Position numbers and translations under genes: made by a program. From positions 248,001 to 312,000 of the forward strand of contig JAPDFW010000074.1 in the NCBI GenBank assembly GCA_028826165.1: 64,000 bases of DNA, given 5' to 3'. This document shows, piece after piece, positions 49,628 to 60,981 of the stretch. The first letter of the stretch is position 1, and each line of letters begins with the position of its first letter. The notes under the pieces were generated by a model that was given only the letters and a program-made list of their open reading frames with translations, was not told the DNA's origin and searched no databases. The stretch is from Anaeramoeba ignava BMAN. Taxonomy: Eukaryota > Protista > Anaeramoebae.

Positions 49628-51215
49628 TACTAAAGTAAAAAAACCGAACCATAGTAAAAAACCCGAACCAAAAAATTTTCATTTTTTTTTTCAATTTCAA
49701 AATTTTTGTTATTTTTTTTATGGAACAAGAAAGAAAGAACTTTATTAATCAACTTCTCGCCTTAAGAAAAACCAGAAAATTGAATTCAAAACCTGAAAAG
49801 GCTGTTTTTATCTATGAAGAATCGAAAAAGCAAAATTTTCCATTATCAATAAATTTCATCTCCCAAGAGTTGAATATCTCCAGTTCGCAGATAAAACGAG
49901 CCCTCAAAGCAAAAAGAGAAGGAAGAGAGATAGGTCAAAAGGGGAGACCACCAAAATTAAATCAAAAAGAACAAAAAAAATTAAAACAACAAATTGAAGA
50001 CTTAACAGACGAGGGAAAATCAATGACAATAACAGAAGTATTCAACAGTGCAAATGAAATGATTTCAAAGAGGAAAAAATACACAGAGTTAAAAGAAAAT
50101 GTGGAAATGAATCAAATTCAATCAAAACAATGGATTTATTATTTTACTAAAACAAATCAACTTAAAACTGCCACAGCTAAAGAATTGGAAACAAAACGAA
50201 GAGAGGTATCAAAAGAAGAAGTTTCATGTTTCTTTGCAATTGTCAGAAATCTTCTAGAAAAAAATGGATCTTATCAACCAAGTTTAATCATTAATGCAGA
50301 TGAAACAATGGTGAAATTAGGAAACAAAACAAAAGTACAAGTAGTAACTTCAAAAAAAAAAGAAAAACCTATAAGAGAAAGAAAACAAATTCAAAAGCAT
50401 TTGACTGCAATGTGTGGGATTTCAGCAGATGGAAAATTTTTGAAACCATTAATGATACTACCAACTAAGACCTTACCTAGAGAAACATTTGAGAAGTCAC
50501 AATCTATATATAGTTTTAATTATCATCATGGATCAAAAGGATTCATAAACAGGCCAGTTTTTGAGGATTGGATCAGAGATACATTAATTCCTTTTGTAAT
50601 TAAACAAAGAGGAGATTCATCTGAAAGGGCATTATTAATTCTTGATGGACATGTTAGTCGTGAGAGTGTAATAGCTATTGAGAGTCTCCAAAAAAATTCT
50701 ATTGATACTATCATTCTTCCAGCACATGCTTCTCATTTACTTCAACCACTTGATGTACTCCCTTTTTCGACTTTCAAAAGATTATTAGCACAGGAAAAGA
50801 ATTTAGATTCTTTAGAGGGTCTTTTAGAAGCAATTGAAAATTGTCTTCATATTGCTTTTTCTCCAAGATCTGTTCGTCAAGCTTTTTCAAGAGCAGGAAT
50901 TTTTCCTTTAGAAGAAGAGAAAATCTTAAAACATGAATTCTTGATAGAAGAGAAGAAAAAGCCTAAAGATTCCCCTCATCAAAAAAAAAGGATTGATATC
51001 AGTAATAGTTTATTGACAGATGGTTTAGTCATTGAAAAATTATTAGAAAGACAAAAAAAACTTCAAACCAAAAAGAATTCTCCAAAAAAAAGAAGAATAT
51101 CAAAAAAAAAAAGAAAATCAAAATCAAAAAAATAAATCAAATCAAAAAGAACTTTTTTTTCTTTTTTTATTTTGGTTCGGGTTTTTTACGATGGTTCGGT
51201 TTTTTTACTTTAGTA
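49628..51215 (+). mobile_element. pogo-family (Tc1/mariner superfamily) DNA transposon, 1588 bp, 46-bp TIRs, TA target-site duplication
   Basis: TIR TACTAAAGTAAAAAAACCGAACCATAGTAAAAAACCCGAACCAAAA at 49628-49673 and its reverse complement (1 mismatch) at 51170-51215. TA at 49626-27 and 51216-17; the empty site is visible in the paralogous region near 60040-60070. Confidence 0.93.
49720..51135 (+). CDS. DD35D transposase (DDE_1/CENP-B-pogo type)
   Basis: GRPPKL and N-terminal HTH-like region; INADET, LILDGH and LQPLD with 35 residues between the 2nd and 3rd Asp; basic NLS-like C-terminus. Confidence 0.92.
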   Translation: MEQERKNFINQLLALRKTRKLNSKPEKAVFIYEESKKQNFPLSINFISQELNISSSQIKRALKAKREGREIGQKGRPPKLNQKEQKKLKQQIEDLTDEGKSMTITEVFNSANEMISKRKKYTELKENVEMNQIQSKQWIYYFTKTNQLKTATAKELETKRREVSKEEVSCFFAIVRNLLEKNGSYQPSLIINADETMVKLGNKTKVQVVTSKKKEKPIRERKQIQKHLTAMCGISADGKFLKPLMILPTKTLPRETFEKSQSIYSFNYHHGSKGFINRPVFEDWIRDTLIPFVIKQRGDSSERALLILDGHVSRESVIAIESLQKNSIDTIILPAHASHLLQPLDVLPFSTFKRLLAQEKNLDSLEGLLEAIENCLHIAFSPRSVRQAFSRAGIFPLEEEKILKHEFLIEEKKKPKDSPHQKKRIDISNSLLTDGLVIEKLLERQKKLQTKKNSPKKRRISKKKRKSKSKK

Positions 51216-51339
51216 TAATTTAATAATAAAAAGAAAGAGAATTTTATTTCTAATTTAAATCTTAATTAAATCAAAATTAAATCTAAATTAAATCTAAATT
51301 AAAAATTGATTCAAATTTATATCTTTTTTTTCTTTTTGT

Positions 51340-52610
51340 AAATATAAAAAATAAGAATAGATTTAATTTAATATTTAATTTATAAATTAATTTAAAAATA
51401 TAATTTAATATTTAATTTTATTATTAAAATAATAATTTATTGTTTTAAATTTAAATATTTTATTATTTAAATATTTAACATAAAAATATAAAAAATAAGA
51501 ATAGATTTAATTTAATATTTAATTTATAAATTAATTTGGAAATATAATTTAATATTTAATTTTATGTTTAAAATAATAATTTATTGTTTTAGATGTAAAT
51601 ATTTTATTATTTAAATATTTAACACAAAAATATAAAAATAAGAATAGATTTAATTTAATATTCAATTAATAAATTAATTTGAAAATATAATTTAATATTT
51701 AATTTTATGTTTAAAATATTAATTTAATGTTTTGAATTTAAATATTTTATTATCTAAATATTTAACATAAAAATATGAAAAATAAGAATAGATTTAATTT
51801 AATATTTAATTTATAAATTAATTTAAAAATATAATTTAATAATTAATTTTATTATTAAAATAATAATTTGTTTTAAATCTAAATATTTTATTATTTAAAT
51901 ATTTTAACATATAAATATAAAAATAAGAATAGATTTAATTTAATATTCAATTTATAAATTAATTTAAAAATATAATTTAATATTTAATTTTTATGTTTAA
52001 AATAATAATTTATTGTTTTAAATCTAAATATTTTATTATTTAAATATTTAGCATATAAATATAAAAATAAGAATAAATTTAATTTAATATTTAATTTATA
52101 AATTAATTTAAAAATATAATTTAATATTTAATTTTATGTTTAAAATAATAATTTATTGTTTTAGATTTAAATATTTTATTATTTAAATATTTAACATATA
52201 AATATAAAAATAAGAATAGATTTAATTTAATATTCAATTTATAAATTAATTTAAAAATATAATTTTATATTTAATTTTATTATTAAAATAATAATTTATT
52301 GTTTTTAGATCTAAATATTTTATTATTTAAATATTTAACATATAAATATAAAAATAAGAATAGATTTAATTTAATATTTAATTTATAAATTAATTTAAAA
52401 ATATAATTTTATATTTAATTTTATTATTAAAATAATAATTTATTGTTTTAGATCTAAATATTTTATTATTTAAATATTTAACATATAAATATAAAAAATA
52501 AGAATAGATTTAATTTAATATTTAATTTATAAATTAATTTAAAATTATAATTTTATATTTAGTTTTATGTTTAAAATAATAATTTATTGTTTTAGATTTA
52601 AATATAAAAA
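51340..52610 (-). repeat. ~145-bp AT-rich satellite, about 9 units
   Basis: Tandem units downstream of copy E. Confidence 0.85.
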
Positions 52611-52722
52611 TGGAATGAAATTTTGTTTTTTATTTTTTATTTTAATTTTTGAAATTGAAATTGAAATTGAAGAAAAATGAAAAAAAGGAAATTGATTCGA
52701 AAAATGAAAATTGAAATTGGAA

Positions 52723-55459
52723 TTAAATATCTAAATTATCTTGAAGTTCTTGTTCTTCTTCGTTTTCTTTGATAATTTCTTTGATAATTTGTTTTCTTCT
52801 TTTTTTCTTCTTATATAAAATAATTCCAATAATAATTATTGAAATAACAATAATTGGAATAATTATACCTAAACTTATTGATGTTATTTTTGAATTATTA
52901 TTAGGTTCATTTATTGTTAATATTGTAATTGATGTTGATGAATTAATTCCTGAATATTCATTAAATGAACAATTTAAATCAGCTGATGAATAAATTGAAA
53001 TTTCATAATATTCTCCTTCATTTAATCCTGAAGAAACTGAATAATTTGTTGTTAAATTTGTTAAGCAAATTGAAGTTGAATTATAAGTAAATGAATATGC
53101 TTTTAATCCACTTGATAAAATTAATGAATTCCAATTACATTCAAATCCATTAATTATTGAATTACAATTTAATGAAGTAATATTTCCTAATTTAGCTCTT
53201 GTTGAAATAATTGAACTTGGTAATCCTAAATATGGAGTTTCACAATTTAAATCTGAACATCCTCGAATTGAAATATTATATTCAATATTTCCTGATATTC
53301 CACTTATGATTCCAATTACTTCATTTCCACTTAAATCAAGAGATGTGAATTTTCCCCAATTTGTTTCATTATCAAGTGAAATTGAATAATTATTTGCATT
53401 TGTTAATTTTGTGAAATTAAATTCAATTTCTTCAATTTTGGAAATTGTTTCATAAATTATTGGAGATGTTAAATTATCAGTTTTAATTGAAATTGATGAA
53501 ATATATCCACATTTTCCATTTGAATTACATGCTGATATATTGATTTGATATTCTTGATTTGGAATTTGAACTGTAAATTGTTGATTTGATGAAGTTGATT
53601 GATAATTTCCTGAATCATTTTGATAAATTGATTGATAAGTTAAATTATAATAAAATGGAATTGAACAATTAATTGGTTGATTCCAATTACAATTAATATC
53701 TATTGAATTTGAAATTGAACATGTTAAATTTGTAATTTCACCAAATAATAATGAAATTGATGATTCAACAATTTCTCCTTTATCATCTCCTTCACATTCT
53801 TGTGTTCTACATCCACAAATTGAAATATTATAATCATTTTCACATTCTAAATTATTCAAAAAATAATCAAGTGAAGAATTATCAACTGAAATGAAAGATA
53901 TTAAATCAGGTTGAGATTGAATGATATAAGAAAGATTATAATGATTAAGATGAGCAATTCCTTCATTGATTTGAACATTAGGATAATTCCAAGTAACATT
54001 AATTGAATTATTTGAAGGATTTGATAATTGAAAATCTTTTACAGAATCAATTTTTGTTATTAAATTAATAAAAGAAGAAGATTCACCACATTTCATTGTT
54101 ACATTATCACAAGCTTTGATTTGAATTGAATAATATTCATTTCCAGTAATATTATCATAAATTGAAGAATTAAATTGTTGATAATAAACATTTCCATCTT
54201 CAAGAATTGGAGAATCAATATCAATCCAATCATATCCATAATTAATTTGATATTTCAAAGTTAAAGAAGATTGAATTTTATCCCAATAACAATCAAATAA
54301 TGAAAATAAAGATGAACAATTAACAATATTAACTTGAGGAATGAAACTACCTTCATAAACAAATACTTGATTTGCAACATAAGTTCCAATAACAGTAAAA
54401 TTTCCATAAATTGAAACAGAATTCCCAAAATTTGTAGCTGATTCACTCAAAAATTTTTCTTCATTCCAAATTGATTCATTATATCTGTAAATATATGCTT
54501 TATTTGCATAACGAGCTCCAATAACAATAACATCTTCATAAATTGAAACAGAATATCCAAAATATGTAGCCGATTGATTCAAAATTTGTTCTTCATTCCA
54601 AATTGATTCATTATATCTGTAAATAAATACTTTTTTTGCAGCATAATCTCCAATAACAATAACATCTTTATAAATTGAAACACTCCATCCAAAATATGAA
54701 GCTGAAGGTTTATTCAAATTTTGTTCTTGATTCCAAATTGATTCATTATATCTGTAAATAAATGCTTTTCTTGCATAATAAGTTCCAATAACAATAACAT
54801 CTTTATAAATTGAAACAGAATCCCCAAAATATGGAATTGAAGGTTCACTCAAAACTTGTTCTTCATTCCAAATTGTTCCATTATATCTGTAAATAAATGC
54901 TTTTCTTGCATCAGAATAAGTTCCAATAACAATAACATCTTTATAAATTGAAACAGAATTCCCAAAAAATGTAATTGAAGGTTCATCCAAAACTTGTTCT
55001 TGATTCCAAATTGATTCATTATATCTGTAAATATATGTTTTACTTGCATAATCAGCACCAATAACAATAACATCTTTATAAATTGAAACAGAATTTCCAA
55101 AATATGAAGCTGAAGGTTCACTCAAAATTTGTTCTTCATTCCAAATTGATTCATTATATCTGTAAATATATGCTTGATTTGCACCAAAAGCACCAATAAC
55201 AAGAACATCTTCATAAATTGAAACAGAATCTCCAAAATATCCTGAACCTGAAAATTGATTTAATAAATTCCAAATCCAAGCTTCATCTGGAGTAGAATAA
55301 TATCTTGTTGTTTCTGTTAATAATCTTGTTGTTTCTAATTCTTGAATTATTGTTGAAATTGAATTTTGTTGATCTTGGTTTTGATCTTGATTTTGATTGA
55401 ATTAAGAAAATATTGATAATTAAGAAAAAGGAAAAGGAAAAGAAAAGAATTAATTTCAT
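52723..55459 (-). CDS. Receptor copy E (7 blades) with a +1 frameshift near 55392, just after the signal peptide
   Basis: ATG at 55459 is homologous to paralogues; CAATCAAAATCAAGAT has one extra A versus CAATCAAATCAA; the downstream ORF is open to 52723. Confidence 0.8.
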
Positions 55460-55974
55460 TTTTGTTTTGTTTTGTTAACTATATTTAAATTAAAAATAAA
55501 TAGAAAATTAATAAAATAAGTTTATTTTTGTGTTTATTTTGTGTTTATTAATTAAAAAATATTTTTTTTCTTACTTTTTTGTTTTTGTTTTTGTTTTTGT
55601 TTGAAAGAAAAAAAGAATGAAAGAAGAAAAAATGATTAATTTTTTTATTTAAAAAATTGAGAAAAAAAAATGATTATTTTTTTAATTAAAAAATTGAATA
55701 AATGAATTTAAAATTTAAATTAAAATATATTTTAGGAATAATTCTTTATTATTAATTAATGATAATTTCTATTTAAATTAATGAAATAAATTTTAATTTA
55801 AATTTTTCAAAAAAAAAAGAAAGAAAGAAATTTAATAATAATTTAATAATAATTTAATAAGAAAAAGAAAGAGAATTTTATTTCTAATTTAATTATTAAT
55901 TAAATCTAAATTAAATCTAAATTAAATCTAAATTAAAAATTTGATTCAAATTTATACATTTTTTTCTTTTTGTA

Positions 55975-56525
55975 AATATAAAAATAAGAATAGATTTAAT
56001 TTAATATTTAATTTATAAATTAATTTAAAAATATAATTTAATATTTAATTTTATGTTTAAAATAATAATTTATTGTTTTAGATGTAAATATTTTATTATT
56101 TAAATATTTAACATAAAAATATAAAAATAAGAATAGATTTAATTTAATATTTAATTTATAAATTAATTTAAAAATATAATTTAATATTTAATTCTATTAT
56201 TAAAAAAATAATTTATTGTTTTAGATTTAAATATTTTATTATTTAAATATTTAACATATAAATATAAAAATGAAAATAGATTTAATTTATATTTAATTTA
56301 TAAATTAATTTAAAAATATAATTTAATATTTAATTTTATGTTTAAAAAAATAATTTAATGTTTTAGATTTAAATATTTTATTATTTAAATATTTAACATA
56401 TAAATATAAAAAATAAGAATAGATTTAATTTAATATTCAATTTATAAATCAATTTAGAAATATAATTTAATATTTAATTTTATTATTAAAATAATAATTT
56501 AATGTTTTAGATTTAAATATAAAAG
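55975..56525 (-). repeat. ~145-bp AT-rich satellite, about 4 units
   Basis: Tandem units downstream of copy F. Confidence 0.8.
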
Positions 56526-56619
56526 TAGAATGAAATTTTGTTTTTTATTTTCTTTTTTTGAAATTGAAGAAAAATGAAAAGAAGGAAATTGATTCGAAAA
56601 ATGAAAATTGAATTTGGAA

Positions 56620-59355
56620 TTAAATATCCAAATTATCTTGAAGTTCTTGTTCTTCTTTGTTTTCTTCTTGCTTTTTTGGTTTTGATTTTTTTCTTTTTTT
56701 CTTTTTATAGAAAATAATTCCAATAATAATTATTGAAATAATAACAATAATTGGAATAATTATACCTAAAGTTATTGCTGTTGTTTTTGAATTATTATTA
56801 GGTTCATTTGTTGTTGATATTGTAATTGATGTTGTTGAATTAATTCCTGAATATTCATTAAATGAACAATTTAAATCAGCTGATGAATAAATTGAAATTT
56901 CATAATATTCTCCTTCATTTAATCCTGAAGAAACTGAATAATTTGTTGTTAAATTTGTTAAGCAAATTGAAGTTGAATTATAAGTAAATGAATATGCTTT
57001 TAATCCACTTGATAAAATTAATGAATCCCAATTACATTCAAATCCATTAATTAATGAATTACAAATTAATGAAGTAATATTTCCTAATTTAGTTCTTGTT
57101 GAAATAATTGAACTAGGTAATCCTAAATATGGTGTTTCACAATTTAAATCTGAACATCCTCGAATTGAAATATTATATTCAATATTTCCTGATATTCCAC
57201 TTATTATTCCAATACCTTCATTTCCACTTAAATCAAGAGATGTGAATTTTTCCCAATTTGTTTCATTATTAAGTGAAATTGAATAATTATTTGCATTTGT
57301 TAATTTTGTGAAATTAAATTCAATTTCTTCAATTTTGGAAATTGTTTCATAAATTATTGGAGATGTTAAATTATCAGTTTTAATTGAAATTGATGAAATA
57401 TATCCACATTTTCCATTTGAATTACATGCTGATATATTGATTTGATATTCTTGATTTGGGAATTGAACTGTAAATTGTTGATTTGATGAAGTTGGTTGAT
57501 AATTTCCTGAATCATTTTGATAAATTGATTGATAAGTTAAATTATAATAAAATGGAATTGAACAATTAATTGGTTGATTCCAATTACAATTAATATCTAT
57601 TGAATTTGAAATTGAACATGTTAAATTTGTAATTTCACCAAATAATAATGAAATTGATGATTCAACAATTTCTCCTTTATCATCTCCTTCACATTCTTGT
57701 GTTCTACATCCACAAATTGAAATATTATAATCATTTTCACATTCTAAATTATTCAAAAAATAATCAAGTGAAGAATTATCAACTGAAATGAAAGATATTA
57801 AATCAGGTTGAGATTGAATGAAATAAGAAAGATTATAATGATTAAGATGAGCAATTCCTTCATTGATTTGAACATTAGGATAATCCCAAGTAACATTAAT
57901 TGAATAATTTGAAGGATTTGATAATTGAAAATCTTTTACAGAATCAATTTTTGTTGTTAAATTAATGAAAGAAGAAGATTCACCACATTTCATTGTTACA
58001 TTATCACAAGCTTTGATTTGAATTGAATAATATTCATTTCCAGTAATATTATCATAAATTGAAGAATTAAATTGTTGATAATAAACATTTCCATCTTCAA
58101 GAATTGGAGAATCAATATCAATCCAATCATATCCATAATTAATTTGATATTTCAAAGTTAAAGAAGATTGAATTTTATCCCAATAACAATCAAATAATGA
58201 AAACAAAGATGAACAATTAACAATATTAACTTGAGGAATGAAACTACCTTCATAAACAAATGCTTTATTTGCAACATAAGCTCCAATAACAGTAAAATTC
58301 TCATAAATTGAAACAGAATATCCAAATTGTGAAGCTGATTCACTCAACATTTTTTCTTGATTCCAAATTGATTCATTATATCTGTAAATAAATGCTTTTC
58401 TTTCATCAGTAGCTCCAATAACAATAACATCTTCATAAATTGAAACAGAACATCCAAAAGTTGAATATGAAGGTTCACCCAAAACTTGTTCTTCATTCCA
58501 ATTTGTTCCATTATATCTGTAAATAAATACTTTTCTCGCATATAAAGTTCCAATAACAATAACATCTTCATAAATTGAAACAGAATATCCAAAATTTGAA
58601 GATGAAGGTTCATAGAAATTTTCTTCTCGATTCCAAATTGATTCATTATATCTGTAAATAAATGCTTGGCTTGTATAATCAGTTCCAATAACAATAACAT
58701 CTTTATAAATTGAAACACTCCATCCAAAATATGAAACAGAAGGTTCATAGAAATTTTCTTCTTGATTCCAAATTGTTCCATTATATCTGTAAATAAATGC
58801 TTTTCTTGCATCACGAGCTCCAATAACAATAACATCTTCATAAATTGAAACAGAATTCCCAAAATATGAAGCTGAAGGTCCATTCAAAATTTGTTCTTGA
58901 TTCCAAATTGATCCATTATATCTGTAAATATATGCTTTATTTGCACCAAAAGCTCCAATAACAATAACATCTTCATAAATTGAAACAGAATTCCCAAAAT
59001 TTGAAGCTGAAGGTCCATCCAAAACTTGTTCTTGATTCCAAATTGTTCCATTATATCTGTAAATATATGCTTGATTTGCACCAAAAGCACCAATAACAAG
59101 AACATCTTTATAAATTGAAACAATCCATCCAAAATATCCTGAACCTGAAAATTGATCTAATAAATTCCAAATCCAAGCTTCATCTGGAGTAGAATAATAT
59201 CTTGTTGTTTCTGTTAATAATCTTGTTGTTTCTAATTCTTGAATTATTGTGGAAATTGAATTTTGTTGATTTTGATTTTGATTTTGATTTGATTGAATTA
59301 AGAAAATATTGATAATTAAGAAAAAGGAAAAAGAAAAGAAAAGATTTAATTTCAT
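56620..59355 (-). CDS. Receptor copy F (7 blades, 911 aa, intact)
   Basis: Full ORF with the same architecture as copy B. Confidence 0.9.
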   Translation of the reverse strand: MKLNLFFSFSFFLIINIFLIQSNQNQNQNQQNSISTIIQELETTRLLTETTRYYSTPDEAWIWNLLDQFSGSGYFGWIVSIYKDVLVIGAFGANQAYIYRYNGTIWNQEQVLDGPSASNFGNSVSIYEDVIVIGAFGANKAYIYRYNGSIWNQEQILNGPSASYFGNSVSIYEDVIVIGARDARKAFIYRYNGTIWNQEENFYEPSVSYFGWSVSIYKDVIVIGTDYTSQAFIYRYNESIWNREENFYEPSSSNFGYSVSIYEDVIVIGTLYARKVFIYRYNGTNWNEEQVLGEPSYSTFGCSVSIYEDVIVIGATDERKAFIYRYNESIWNQEKMLSESASQFGYSVSIYENFTVIGAYVANKAFVYEGSFIPQVNIVNCSSLFSLFDCYWDKIQSSLTLKYQINYGYDWIDIDSPILEDGNVYYQQFNSSIYDNITGNEYYSIQIKACDNVTMKCGESSSFINLTTKIDSVKDFQLSNPSNYSINVTWDYPNVQINEGIAHLNHYNLSYFIQSQPDLISFISVDNSSLDYFLNNLECENDYNISICGCRTQECEGDDKGEIVESSISLLFGEITNLTCSISNSIDINCNWNQPINCSIPFYYNLTYQSIYQNDSGNYQPTSSNQQFTVQFPNQEYQINISACNSNGKCGYISSISIKTDNLTSPIIYETISKIEEIEFNFTKLTNANNYSISLNNETNWEKFTSLDLSGNEGIGIISGISGNIEYNISIRGCSDLNCETPYLGLPSSIISTRTKLGNITSLICNSLINGFECNWDSLILSSGLKAYSFTYNSTSICLTNLTTNYSVSSGLNEGEYYEISIYSSADLNCSFNEYSGINSTTSITISTTNEPNNNSKTTAITLGIIIPIIVIISIIIIGIIFYKKKKRKKSKPKKQEENKEEQELQDNLDI

Positions 59356-60184
59356 TTTTGTTTTGTTTTGTTTTGCTATTTTTTATTTAAATTAAAAATA
59401 AATAGAAAATTAATAAAATAAGTTTATTTTTTGTGTTTATTTTGTGTTTATTAATTAAAAAATATTTTTTTTCTTACTTTTTTGTTTTTGTTTTTGTTTG
59501 AAAGAAAAAAAGAATGAAAGAAGAAAAGAAAAAAATGATTAATTTTTTTATTTAATTAAATTTGAAAAAAAAAATTTTTTTTTTTGTTTATTTTTTTAAT
59601 TAAAAAATTGAATAAATGAATTTAAAATTAAATTTAAAATATATTTTAGGAATAATTTTTTATTATTAATTAATGATAATTTCTATTTAAATTAATGAAA
59701 TAAATTTTAATTTAAATTTTTCAAAAAAAAAGAAAAAGAAATTTAATAATAATTTAATAATAATTTAATAATAATTTAATAATAATTTAATAATAAAAAG
59801 AAAGAGAATTTTATTTCTAATTTAATCTAAATTAAATCTAAATTAAATCTAAATTAAAAATTGAAAAAAAAAATTTTTTTTTTTGTTTATTTTTTTAATT
59901 AAAAAATTGAATAAATGAATTTAAAATTAAATTTAAATTATATTTTAGGAATAATTTTTTATTATTAATTAATGATAATTTCTATTTAAATTAATGAAAT
60001 AAATTTTAATTTAAATTTTTCAAAAAAAAAAGAAAAAAGAAATTTAATAATAATTTAATAATAATTTAATAAGAAAAAGAAAAAGAATTTTATTTCTAAT
60101 TTAAATCTTAATTAAATCTAAATTAAATCTAAATTAAATCTAAATTAAAAATTGATTCAAATTTATATCTTTTTTTTCTTTTTG

Positions 60185-60870
60185 TAAATATAAAAATAAG
60201 AATAGATTTAATTTAATATTTAATTTATAAATTAATTTGGAAATATAATTTAATATTTAATTTTATGTTTAAAATAATAATTTATTGTTTTAGATTTAAA
60301 TATTTTATTATCTAAATATTTAACATAAAAATATAAAAATAAGAATAGATTTAATTTAATATTTAATTTATAAATTAATTTAAAAATATAATTTAATATT
60401 TAATTTTATTATTAAAATAATAATTTAATATTTTAGATTTAAATATTTTATTATTTAAATATTTAACAAATAAATATAAAAATAAGAATAGATTTAATTT
60501 AATATTTAATTTATAAATTAATTTAATAATTAATTCTATGTTTAATTTTATGTTTAAAATAATAATTTAATGTTTTAAATTTAAATATTTTATTATTTAA
60601 ATATTTAACAAATAAATATAAAAAAATAAGAATAGATTTAATTTAATATTTAATTATATTTTTAAATTAATTTAATAATTAATTCTATGTTTAAAATAAT
60701 AATTTATTGTTTTAGATTTAAATATTTTATTATTTAAATATTTAACATATAAATATAAAAAATAAAAATAGGTTTAATTTAATATTTAATTTATAAATTA
60801 ATTTAAAAATATAATTTAATATTTAATTTTATTATTAAAATAATAATTTATTGTTTTAGATTTAAATATA
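60185..60870 (-). repeat. ~145-bp AT-rich satellite, about 5 units
   Basis: Tandem units downstream of copy G. Confidence 0.8.
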
Positions 60871-60981
60871 AAAATAGAATGAAATTTTGTTTGTGATTTT
60901 TATTTTCTTTTTTTAATTTTTGAAATTGAAGAAAAATGAAAAGAAGGAAATTGATTCGAAAAATGAAAATTGAAATTGGAA

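Noticed and set aside
24340-60870. Satellite or 135-nt blade repeats as a CRISPR array
   Set aside because: No unique spacers between short identical repeats, no cas genes, eukaryotic context; the blade repeats are protein-coding.
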